Virus record (IMG/VR): IMGVR_UViG_3300031857_000029
Length of the DNA stretch: 64,000 bases
From: a virus
Strand: one strand, 5' to 3'
Below are positions 29,546-37,209 of this stretch, piece by piece. The notes under the pieces were generated by a model that was not told the DNA's origin, did no database searches, and saw only the letters and a list, made by a program, of their open reading frames with translations. Each line of letters starts with the position of its first letter. Positions within the stretch are counted from its first letter, which is position 1. Position numbers and translations under genes: made by a program.

Positions 29546-29785
29546 ATGTTTTTTACAGAAGAAGATGTAGAACCCGTAGTTCAAGTAGCAAAAGAGATTT
29601 TTGGACCTGTTGGCAACCTTCTTGAAGGAAAGAATGTGATGAAGAACATTCTTATTGGTACCAACGAATTTGGTAAAATCTGGTACGGTGACATTGAAGG
29701 CGATTCCGATTATATTCTTGGACTTTGCCGTGTAATGTCACAGCGTGTCGGTCAGTCCGTCACGGTAGTACATGAGTCTTTCTAA
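29546..29785 (+). CDS. hypothetical protein
   Basis: GAGG RBS, GKIWYGD motif. Confidence 0.6.
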   Translation: MFFTEEDVEPVVQVAKEIFGPVGNLLEGKNVMKNILIGTNEFGKIWYGDIEGDSDYILGLCRVMSQRVGQSVTVVHESF

Positions 29786-29919
29786 TAATATAATTTAATT
29801 ACCAACTTAATTTGTTGGTGTATTGACAAATTAACAAGAAAGATTCATATTTAGTATGTTGATTTGCCCAAATCAGGGTAACAACAAGTAAAAAACTCTA
29901 TTATAGAGAGGTTATTTGT

Positions 29920-30234
29920 ATGGCAAAGCGTAATCGTAGTCGCAACACCCGTTTCGAGGTTCGTTCGTACAATGAGCAGGAGCGCATGAGCACCACTCGT
30001 CGTATTATGACGTACCTTCGTTCACTCGCTAACCGCCGTTCGACCGGCACCGTTAGTGCAGATGACGTTCACAACTACCTGACCCGTGATGGTGTTCGTG
30101 AGCAGCAGACCCGTACCCGTCTTTCGTTCATCAACGCTGTTTTCAGCGGTGAGATGTTTGAGCGGGTTGGCACGATGGCTTCGGCTCGTCCGCAGGCTCG
30201 TGGCCGTTCAATCTCTACCTATATGGTAGCGTAA
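29920..30234 (+). CDS. Arg-rich putative nucleic-acid-binding protein
   Basis: Own TTGACA promoter, GAGG RBS, strong CGT codon bias, terminator after. Confidence 0.7.
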   Translation: MAKRNRSRNTRFEVRSYNEQERMSTTRRIMTYLRSLANRRSTGTVSADDVHNYLTRDGVREQQTRTRLSFINAVFSGEMFERVGTMASARPQARGRSISTYMVA

Positions 30235-30255
30235 TACGGTTCTCCCGATAGAAGT

Positions 30256-30287
30256 GGGGAGGGCCTTCGGGTTCCTCCCCATTTTTA
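30256..30287 (+). terminator. intrinsic terminator
   Basis: GGGGAGGGCC-TTCG-GGTTCCTCCCC plus T tract. Confidence 0.75.
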
Positions 30288-30319
30288 TTGGTATTAAAAT
30301 TATTAGTTAAATATGTATT

Positions 30320-30369
30320 ATTAAGATTTCATTAAGGGACTTGTGGAATCTTAACTTTTGTTGTATACT
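30320..30369 (+). promoter_or_regulatory. tRNA-array promoter with inverted partial operator
   Basis: ATTAAGATTTCATTAAG then TTGTGG-17-TATACT. Confidence 0.6.
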
Positions 30370-30380
30370 TATAAAATCTG

Positions 30381-30465
30381 GGACAGGTGGCAGAGTGGTC
30401 TATTGCAACGGTCTTGAAAACCGTCGAGCTGAGAGGCTCCGAGAGTTCGAATCCCTCCCTGTCCG
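30381..30465 (+). tRNA. tRNA-Ser(TGA)
   Basis: Cloverleaf, long variable arm, loop CTTGAAA. Confidence 0.95.
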
Positions 30466-30471
30466 TACAAT

Positions 30472-30553
30472 GCGTTCGTGGCGTAATTGGTAGCCGCACC
30501 AGCCTTAGGAGCTGGCGCCTCACGGCGTGGGGGTTCGAGTCCCTCCGAACGCA
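30472..30553 (+). tRNA. tRNA-Leu(TAG)
   Basis: Loop CTTAGGA, long variable arm. Confidence 0.95.
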
Positions 30554-30555
30554 TT

Positions 30556-30628
30556 GCCACGATAGCTCAGTTGGTAGAGCACTCGATTTGTAATCGAGAG
30601 CGCATCGGTTCAAGCCCGATTCGTGGCT
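30556..30628 (+). tRNA. tRNA-Thr(TGT)
   Basis: Loop TTTGTAA. Confidence 0.95.
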
Positions 30629-30635
30629 CTGGTAC

Positions 30636-30707
30636 GCCTTGATAGCTCAATGGTAGAGCATGTGACTCTTAATCACCAGGTTGTAGGTTCGAGTCCTACT
30701 CAGGGCA
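30636..30707 (+). tRNA. tRNA-Lys(CTT)
   Basis: Loop CTCTTAA. Confidence 0.93.
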
Positions 30708-30723
30708 TTTCAATGGAGGTTAT

Positions 30724-30834
30724 ATGATAAATGTAATTCTTGGAGTAGTTACAATCATTATGTTAGTATTTACAATCGGTTCTGCGTTTCTCGCAAGTGA
30801 AGAAAAAGAAGAGAGGTATCGTTCACGTGAGTAA
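30724..30834 (+). CDS. small single-pass membrane protein (36 aa)
   Basis: GGAGGT RBS; hand-read MINVILGVVTIIMLVFTIG... Confidence 0.55.
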   Translation: MINVILGVVTIIMLVFTIGSAFLASEEKEERYRSRE

Positions 30835-30931
30835 TATAATTTTCTATGGTATCTGTATATTCTTTCTACTACTCAGTATATGGACAACTATTTCAGTTAA
30901 TCATCGGTGGGGTCGTAAGAAGTAATTTGTT

Positions 30932-31003
30932 GCGGGTGTAGCTCAGTGGTAGAGTCCGTGCTTGCCAAGCACGTTGTCGTGGGTTCGAATCCCATCGCCC
31001 GCT
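30932..31003 (+). tRNA. tRNA-Gly(GCC)
   Basis: Loop TTGCCAA. Confidence 0.95.
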
Positions 31004-31019
31004 CTTATAGGAGAACAAT

Positions 31020-31114
31020 ATGACAGCAGCAGTAATTACATTTTTATTTATTGCGATATCAATTGGATTGGCAACTTGGTATATCGCAAAATTTTTAGAG
31101 AAAGGAGAGTTCTA

Positions 31115-31115
<1 letters not shown>
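31020..31115 (+). CDS. small single-pass membrane protein (31 aa)
   Basis: AGGAG RBS; hand-read MTAAVITFLFIAISIG... Confidence 0.5.
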
Positions 31116-31302
<187 letters not shown>

Positions 31303-31308
31303 TAACAT

Positions 31309-31382
31309 TCCTCGGTAGCTCAGTTGGTTAGAGCGGGTGACTGTTAATCACTAGGTCGGGGGTTCAAGTCCCTCCCGGGGAG
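31309..31382 (+). tRNA. tRNA-Asn(GTT)
   Basis: Loop CTGTTAA. Confidence 0.95.
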
Positions 31383-31402
31383 TTTTAATTTAGGAGAGTG
31401 TT

Positions 31403-31696
31403 ATGCCAATTCGTAAGACCAAAGAGTTACTAGAAATGAAACCGATTGAATTAACGGAAACTGCAGAGCACCGTATCCACAGAAGGAAGTGGTGGGCAAT
31501 TTTGATTTTGATTATCGGCGGTGTAATGTTAGCAGGAAAGCTTCCAGTTCCGTACTCACTTGCATACGCATTGTTACTCTTCGGTCATTTAGGAATGTTA
31601 CATACATTCTATGACAAACGTGACATTCCAATGATGGTCGTGAATGCAGTCTGGGTATTTATTGACGCGGTTGGAATGTATCGGTGGTTTAACTAG
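31403..31696 (+). CDS. membrane protein (about 3 TM)
   Basis: AGGAG RBS, hydrophobic segments. Confidence 0.65.
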   Translation: MPIRKTKELLEMKPIELTETAEHRIHRRKWWAILILIIGGVMLAGKLPVPYSLAYALLLFGHLGMLHTFYDKRDIPMMVVNAVWVFIDAVGMYRWFN

Positions 31697-31766
31697 GTCC
31701 ATAGTGTAATTGGCAACACAACAGTCTCCAAAACTGTTTTTCTAGGTTCGAGTCCTAGTGGGCCTG
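31695..31766 (+). tRNA. tRNA-Trp(CCA)
   Basis: Loop CTCCAAA. Confidence 0.95.
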
Positions 31767-31788
31767 CCTCACCTCAACTAAAAAGGTT

Positions 31789-32223
31789 ATGAAAAAACTA
31801 GTATTGTTGTTAACACTGATTGGCTGTTCTACAAAGTCACCAACTGAAGTTGTTAATGAACCATACATAAGATTTGCTAAAAATCTAGACTCATTAGCAA
31901 TTATCAGAAATGTACAGACATTCAAGCCGTTAGAACTTCAAACAAACTTACCAGACCAAACCAAAGTTATATGGGAATCTGATATTTGGGTAAAGGTTAG
32001 AGTTGGTGTGGATTCATCTTATATAACAAATCGATTGACGATTAATTGGCCGTGGGTAGATACGGTCACTACCGTTAATTGTTGTTCATATAGCTATAAA
32101 GGTTATGCGAAAAGCGTGTTTGGTGCATTTGAAATTATGCGAGGACAAACTGCAACTATCATAGCATCAACGAAAGTAGGAAAAAAAGTATTAGCAGATA
32201 CTATAAAAATTGTTATGTATTAA
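31789..32223 (+). CDS. putative lipoprotein
   Basis: MKKLVLLLTLIGC lipobox. Confidence 0.7.
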   Translation: MKKLVLLLTLIGCSTKSPTEVVNEPYIRFAKNLDSLAIIRNVQTFKPLELQTNLPDQTKVIWESDIWVKVRVGVDSSYITNRLTINWPWVDTVTTVNCCSYSYKGYAKSVFGAFEIMRGQTATIIASTKVGKKVLADTIKIVMY

Positions 32224-32226
32224 GTT

Positions 32227-32301
32227 GGGGTGGTGGCGCAATTTGGTTAGCGCACCGCACTGTCACTGCGGTGGTTGCGGGTTCGAGTCCCGTCCATCCC
32301 G
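32227..32301 (+). tRNA. tRNA-Asp(GTC)
   Basis: Loop CTGTCAC. Confidence 0.95.
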
Positions 32302-32325
32302 TTCCCCTTGACGAAGGAGTGTATT

Positions 32326-32520
32326 ATGAAGCGTGTATATTTGAGTAGTACCGAAAACAAAATCGCCGGAGTGTGTGGCGGATTCGCAGAAACACTAGGA
32401 ATCGACCCAACACTTATCAGATTACTTTTCGTTGCCGCGTTTCTCTCCCCACTCCCTGCAGTAATTTTTTATCTCTTGTGTTGGATGGTTATTCCAAGAG
32501 ATCCAGGTTACACCAAGTAA
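32326..32520 (+). CDS. pspC: PspC-domain membrane protein
   Basis: KIAGVCGGFAETLGIDPTLIRL...YLLCWMVIP. Confidence 0.85.
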   Translation: MKRVYLSSTENKIAGVCGGFAETLGIDPTLIRLLFVAAFLSPLPAVIFYLLCWMVIPRDPGYTK

Positions 32521-32523
32521 GAC

Positions 32524-32597
32524 GGCTGGGTAGCTCAGCTGGTTAGAGCACGGCACTCATAATGCCGGGGTCGCCGGTTCAAGTCCGGCCCCAGCTA
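32524..32597 (+). tRNA. tRNA-Met(CAT), elongator type
   Basis: Loop CTCATAA, no initiator features. Confidence 0.9.
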
Positions 32598-32614
32598 TTG
32601 ACATAGGAGGATTT

Positions 32615-32806
32615 ATGTATTATATTACTTACAATGGGGTAGTGACCCCACATCCGTATCAAACCCGTGAAGATGCGATTCATGAATTGAAGAGCACCTT
32701 TGGTGACCTTGAACTTGATAAACACGATATTGCGTTTTGGCCAAGTGTATCAGCTCGGGGAAACACAAAGATTGAAATTAAACGATACGATGGTGAAATA
32801 GAATAA
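32615..32806 (+). CDS. hypothetical protein
   Basis: AGGAGG RBS. Confidence 0.6.
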   Translation: MYYITYNGVVTPHPYQTREDAIHELKSTFGDLELDKHDIAFWPSVSARGNTKIEIKRYDGEIE

Positions 32807-32890
32807 GGGAGTGCCGCAGAGTTGGAGGACTGCAGCAGACTGTAAATCTGCCGTCAATAGACCTAGTTGGTTCGAATCCATCCACTCCCA
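32807..32890 (+). tRNA. tRNA-Tyr(GTA)
   Basis: Loop CTGTAAA, long variable arm; C at position 8 and a T-stem mismatch. Confidence 0.85.
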
Positions 32891-32893
32891 TAT

Positions 32894-32967
32894 ACACCAG
32901 TAGCTCAGCTGGTTAGAGCATTCGTCTGATACACGAAAGGTCGCTAGTTCAACTCTAGCCTGGTGTA
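32894..32967 (+). tRNA. tRNA-Ile(GAT)
   Basis: Loop CTGATAC. Confidence 0.92.
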
Positions 32968-32970
32968 CTT

Positions 32971-33044
32971 GCTCTTGTGGCGTAATTGGATAGCGCAATT
33001 GATTTCTACTCAATGGGTTGGGGGTTCGAGTCCCTCCAGGAGCG
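32971..33044 (+). tRNA. tRNA-Arg(TCT)
   Basis: Loop TTTCTAC. Confidence 0.93.
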
Positions 33045-33049
33045 CTTAT

Positions 33050-33123
33050 GGTGATTGTAGCTCAGCTGGTAGAGCAGCGGATTGTGGTTCCGCGGGTCGC
33101 GGGTTCGAGCCCCGTCATTCACC
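33050..33123 (+). tRNA. tRNA-His(GTG)
   Basis: Loop TTGTGGT, encoded G-1, C73. Confidence 0.95.
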
Positions 33124-33128
33124 CCTCC

Positions 33129-33201
33129 GCTTACATAGCTCAGTTGGTAGAGCACCACTTTGGTAAAGTGGAGGTCACCAGTTCAATCCTGGTTGTAAGC
33201 T
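33129..33201 (+). tRNA. tRNA-Thr(GGT)
   Basis: Loop TTGGTAA. Confidence 0.95.
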
Positions 33202-33202
33202 T

Positions 33203-33427
33203 ATGAAACTAACTGATGCTGAAAATCATAAAAAATTAACGGTTATAGAACTTCACGATACGCCATATGAACAGAAATTGCGTATACTAGGATTCAAAGA
33301 AGGTTGTGAAGTATGTCCGTTGACGAATAATGGTTCTTCTATGATTGTTGGTGTTGATAATTGTAGATATGCAATAGGAAAAGAAATTACAGACTGTATT
33401 TTAGTAGAACAATTACCGCCCTTATAG
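33203..33427 (+). CDS. feoA: FeoA-domain protein
   Basis: MKLTD...QKLRILGFKEGCEV...IVGVDNCRYAIG..I.V pattern. Confidence 0.7.
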   Translation: MKLTDAENHKKLTVIELHDTPYEQKLRILGFKEGCEVCPLTNNGSSMIVGVDNCRYAIGKEITDCILVEQLPPL

Positions 33428-33490
33428 TTCAATTGGATAGAGCACTAGTCTTCGGAACTAGGAATGTGGGTTCGAGTCCTGCTAGGGGCA
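33418..33490 (+). tRNA. tRNA-Arg(TCG)
   Basis: Loop CTTCGGA. Confidence 0.92.
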
Positions 33491-33498
33491 TGTAAATT

Positions 33499-33705
33499 AT
33501 GAAAAATAAAATTCAATATAACACAGACAATCTTGTAATCGTAGATACACCCACAGAACAATGGCAGATGGAGATTACAGAATATAATAAACGTGGATAT
33601 TCGGAAAAGATAATAAGCGAAATGACTGACGAAGAGTTTATAGAACAAGGTTGGAAATGGATACGTGGAGATTGGGCATGGGAAGGAATGGGACACTGGC
33701 CTTGA
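33499..33705 (+). CDS. hypothetical protein
   Basis: ORF between tRNAs. Confidence 0.45.
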   Translation: MKNKIQYNTDNLVIVDTPTEQWQMEITEYNKRGYSEKIISEMTDEEFIEQGWKWIRGDWAWEGMGHWP

Positions 33706-33740
33706 CAAAAAAATAATAAGTTAATATATTTAGTGTATTA

Positions 33741-33813
33741 CGGGGAGTAGCTCAGTTGGTAGAGTGCACGCTTTGGGAGCGTGATGTCGCAGGTTCGAGT
33801 CCTGTCTCCCCGA
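33741..33813 (+). tRNA. tRNA-Pro(TGG)
   Basis: Loop TTTGGGA. Confidence 0.95.
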
Positions 33814-33834
33814 CTAACTCATAAAACGGTTGAT

Positions 33835-34854
33835 ATGATAGAAAAACTTACACGGTATACAATATTTAATTCAAATAATTCGTGGATATTGACCACGGAG
33901 AAAATAGCATCTTCTTGGTTAAAAGGACAATTTGACTTTAATTATACAGAAATATTCATAGATAGTTACACATATGAACTACGTCACATAAAAAGAGATT
34001 CATACCTAGACGTTTCTGAATCGGTACACAATGAGTTACAAGTAAAGTTTTCGCATGATTGGAATAAATTTGTAAACGGAAGTAATGAATATAATTTTAT
34101 ATTTTTTATTAGAAATCCAGTTAACAAATTTATGACAGGATGGGTTCAAGATTTCGTTATTAGAAAATTGAACGTTGGGTTTATTGAGCAAGAAATAGAA
34201 AGGTTATCCAAACATTTTTATCACAAAGATGTAGATAAATTTATTAACTACGCGTTAAAAGAAAAGCAAGAGGGTGGTGACAGATTCCCAGAAGTAGATT
34301 CTATACCATTTGAATTTAAAAACATTTTTAAAGAATTTTGTTTTCCTTCTAGACATCACGAAAACTTTTTCCATACTGAAGCAAGCGTTTTAATAGAACA
34401 TACAAGGTCTGGGCACATACCAGAAAATTTGTATCTGCTGTGGAAATTGTTATTCAAGAAACCATTTGAATTTAATAATGATAATTTGTATGTCTTGGAC
34501 ATTGATTTGGAAGATACTAAGTCTGTACTAGAAAATAAATTTAATATTCCAGCAAATAAAGATGTTGACAAATACGTTAGACATCCATATTTTAAAACTA
34601 GGACTTATGATTATTTATCAAAAGAATATGTTATCATAAATGCTTTGTTAGAAACAGAAATATTTTTTTGGTTTGAAATAGTTTCTAAGTTATATCCATC
34701 AATATCGCAATTTGCATCAACCTCTGTACCAAAATATAAAGAGAGATTTTATATACCCAATGAGTTAGAGTTTTATGATTTAGAAACTCATATGAACTGG
34801 TGGAAATATGAACCGCCCGAAACTTGGTTAAAATACACAAAAAATACATTATGA
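33835..34854 (+). CDS. possible sulfotransferase-family protein, very AT-rich
   Basis: EKIASS (5'-PSB-like) and FIRNPVNKFMTG (3'-PB-like). Confidence 0.5.
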   Translation: MIEKLTRYTIFNSNNSWILTTEKIASSWLKGQFDFNYTEIFIDSYTYELRHIKRDSYLDVSESVHNELQVKFSHDWNKFVNGSNEYNFIFFIRNPVNKFMTGWVQDFVIRKLNVGFIEQEIERLSKHFYHKDVDKFINYALKEKQEGGDRFPEVDSIPFEFKNIFKEFCFPSRHHENFFHTEASVLIEHTRSGHIPENLYLLWKLLFKKPFEFNNDNLYVLDIDLEDTKSVLENKFNIPANKDVDKYVRHPYFKTRTYDYLSKEYVIINALLETEIFFWFEIVSKLYPSISQFASTSVPKYKERFYIPNELEFYDLETHMNWWKYEPPETWLKYTKNTL

Positions 34855-35006
34855 AAAGTAAAGATAGACTTCCAACAATTATTGCAGTAACAGCGCTGAT
34901 TATTTATTTGGTGTTTCTTTTCGTCATAACACGGTCCAGTACAGAGGAACCACTGGAAGGTGGAGATATTCAGCGAGCAATAGAAACAGACCAATACAAG
35001 TAAGTT

Positions 35007-35081
35007 GGGCGGGTGGCAGAGAGGCCCAATGCAAGAGTCTGCAAAACTCTAAAACCGCGGGTTCGAATCCCGCCTCGCCCT
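35007..35081 (+). tRNA. tRNA-Cys(GCA)
   Basis: Loop CTGCAAA, U73. Confidence 0.95.
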
Positions 35082-35089
35082 TTTATACT

Positions 35090-35362
35090 ATGGTACCAAA
35101 ATACATAATTAAAACTCCTGTATATCAATACGCAAAATCATATTATCATATAGACGTATTAGATGGTAGATATGAAGGATTACAATTTAATTTTTCAAAA
35201 ATTGAAATAATTAATGATGGTGAGGATAAAAAGTTAAGTTTTCAATATAATTTATTAAGTATTCCGCAGGAAATTGAAGTAGATGAAGAACTTGAACAAG
35301 TAGTTAGTGATATATTACAACACATTATTGAAAGAGGTTATTATGAATTTGACACCAAATGA
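35090..35362 (+). CDS. hypothetical protein
   Basis: ORF in operon. Confidence 0.6.
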   Translation: MVPKYIIKTPVYQYAKSYYHIDVLDGRYEGLQFNFSKIEIINDGEDKKLSFQYNLLSIPQEIEVDEELEQVVSDILQHIIERGYYEFDTK

Positions 35363-35597
35363 TAAGTTGAAGTTAGAAGGAGCACTGAAAGATATGTCTA
35401 CTTCTATGACCAGAGTAGAAGCAGAACGTGACCTTCAAAAGAATATTATTGGAGATATTTGCGAAGAACTCAATCTCAACAAGAAGGTATTCCGTAAGTT
35501 AGCCAAGGTGTACCACAAGCAGAACTTTGATGACGAAGTAAATACCCATCACGAATTTGAGAAGTTATACGAGACTGTAACTAACAAGTCCAAGTAA
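35343..35597 (+). CDS. T4 DsbA-like dsDNA-binding protein
   Basis: SMTRVEAERDLQK...KKVFRKLAKVYHKQNF...FEKLYETV. Confidence 0.75.
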   Translation: MNLTPNDKLKLEGALKDMSTSMTRVEAERDLQKNIIGDICEELNLNKKVFRKLAKVYHKQNFDDEVNTHHEFEKLYETVTNKSK

Positions 35598-35605
35598 AGT
35601 AGTTG

Positions 35606-35690
35606 GGACAGTTGGCTGAGTGGTCTAAAGCAGGAGATTACTAATCTCTCGTACCGAAAGGTACCGTGGGTTCGAATCCTACACTGTCCG
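35606..35690 (+). tRNA. tRNA-Ser(ACT), A34 anticodon
   Basis: Ser-type body (long variable arm, G73); stem GGAGA/TCTCT, loop TTACTAA. Confidence 0.9.
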
Positions 35691-35715
35691 TTCACCATTC
35701 ATAATAGGAGATATT

Positions 35716-35826
35716 ATGACAATTCGTAAATCACATTCACGTAAAATAAAGGCAAAGGGTGGCGGAACCAGACGAGTTACTGTTAAATCCGCATTTGTTA
35801 AAACTGGTAAGAAGAAACGTAAGTAA
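35716..35826 (+). CDS. small very basic peptide (36 aa)
   Basis: AGGAG RBS; MTIRKSHSRKIKAKGGGTRRVTVKSAFVKTGKKKRK. Confidence 0.6.
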   Translation: MTIRKSHSRKIKAKGGGTRRVTVKSAFVKTGKKKRK

Positions 35827-35937
35827 TTAATAATATGTAAAAATTGTCAAATTTATACAAAAATTACATATTATTAATTTAAATACTATATATTAAGGTG
35901 GGACTTGACAAGCAGGCTCTCTTTGTATATCTTTAAG

Positions 35938-36160
35938 GTGTTGAGTGTTTGACAAGTGAAGGGAAGTAGTTATGGAACTATCCGGGGTCGGACAACCCCC
36001 CGCTCCATTTGACCCCTCGTTGTTGAGATGCCACCATAACGGCACGGGGAAGTTTCCGACGAGAAGCGCTGTCAATTGCTGAGACAAACATATAGTGAGG
36101 ATGACACTATATGATAATAGATAGGTTCCTCCCTAACCCAATGGGAGGATTTTTCATCTC
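35938..36160 (+). ncRNA. putative structured non-coding RNA
   Basis: TTGACA promoter at 35905; nested complementary segments; no plus-strand ORF in the track. Confidence 0.45.
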
Positions 36161-36168
36161 TAGGAGTT

Positions 36169-36252
36169 GCTCCTGTGGTGGAATCGGTATACACAACAGA
36201 CTTAAAATCTGTCGGCCTTACGGTCTTGCGAGTTCGAGTCTCGCCGGGAGCA
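36169..36252 (+). tRNA. tRNA-Leu(TAA)
   Basis: Loop CTTAAAA. Confidence 0.95.
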
Positions 36253-36268
36253 TGGTTATAAAATAGAA

Positions 36269-36341
36269 GGGCCTGTAGCTCAGCTGGGAGAGCGCCTGAT
36301 TTGCATTCAGGAGGTCATCGGTTCGATCCCGTTCAGGTCCA
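36269..36341 (+). tRNA. tRNA-Ala(TGC)
   Basis: Loop TTTGCAT, G3:U70. Confidence 0.95.
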
Positions 36342-36381
36342 CTTGACAAACATCCCTTAGTGTAGTATACTTAAGAAGTAC

Positions 36382-36455
36382 GCTCCTATAGTGTCAACGG
36401 TTAGCACAAGAGACTTTTAATCTTTTAGGTCTAGGTTCGAATCCTAGTGGGAGCA
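36382..36455 (+). tRNA. tRNA-Lys(TTT)
   Basis: Loop CTTTTAA. Confidence 0.92.
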
Positions 36456-36458
36456 TAA

Positions 36459-36532
36459 CCGCGAGTAGCTAAATGGTGAAGGCAGCCGCCTTATATGCGG
36501 AAGATATGGGGGTTCAAGTCCCTCCTCGCGGA
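36459..36532 (+). tRNA. tRNA-Ile(TAT)
   Basis: Loop CTTATAT, A73. Confidence 0.85.
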
Positions 36533-36537
36533 CTGTC

Positions 36538-36611
36538 GGGCCGTTAGCTCAGTCGGTTAGAGCACGCGACTCATAATCGTGCGGTCCTGGGTTCAAGTCC
36601 CAGACGGCCCA
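36538..36611 (+). tRNA. tRNA-Ile2(CAT), lysidine type
   Basis: Body GGGCCGTTAGCTCAG...GCGACTCATAATCG resembles Ile2 rather than Met. Confidence 0.8.
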
Positions 36612-36639
36612 TTTTCCATAAAATTCAGAATAAATACAG

Positions 36640-36673
36640 TCCAACGTGATATTTATATTTACGTTGGATTTTT
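36640..36673 (+). terminator. terminator hairpin with late-promoter motif in its loop
   Basis: TCCAACGT-GATATTTATATTT-ACGTTGGA plus T tract. Confidence 0.65.
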
Positions 36674-36722
36674 GTATTTTAATGGTTCTTTGTAATTGTC
36701 TACGTCAACAAACGGAGCTTTT

Positions 36723-37208
36723 ATGAAGAACCATTTTTATGCCGCATGGGGTGCTTGGTGGTTACTAATTACGCCACTCCCAGCCCAAGAAAAAGAAATA
36801 TTTGTTGAAAAGGTGACCAATTCTGTCGTGATTGGTCCAGTAGCAGGAAATCGTGGTCTTGAATTTGGGGTAAAAAATATCCTTGAAGAATTCCTACTGG
36901 AAAAGGAATACAATCTTAATCCAAAATCACCAGCACGACTTCAAGTTGAAATTATATTCTTGGATGTACTGACCACCAAAAAGAATGTCTCCGTGTTCCA
37001 TTCAAACGCAGAAACGGTTGTTATACGGTTGCGTGGAACAATGGTTGTTAATGGTAAGAAGGGGAAACCCGTGGTTGTTGAAGAAAGTTCTTCGGAAATT
37101 TCTATGTCTACTTTGTTGATTGACGAAGGCGGCAAATTCAACCAAACAAGTCTCTCAAACGCCTTAAAAAAATCTTGTGAGAGCTTGATTAACAAACTAT
37201 CGGAGTAA
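36723..37208 (+). CDS. secreted CsgG/TolB-N-like alpha-beta protein
   Basis: Signal peptide; FGVKNILEEFL and FNQTSLSNALKK parallel LGVTNIVVEYL and FNQSTIGTSTKK of 40748. Confidence 0.55.
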   Translation: MKNHFYAAWGAWWLLITPLPAQEKEIFVEKVTNSVVIGPVAGNRGLEFGVKNILEEFLLEKEYNLNPKSPARLQVEIIFLDVLTTKKNVSVFHSNAETVVIRLRGTMVVNGKKGKPVVVEESSSEISMSTLLIDEGGKFNQTSLSNALKKSCESLINKLSE

Positions 37209-37209
37209 T

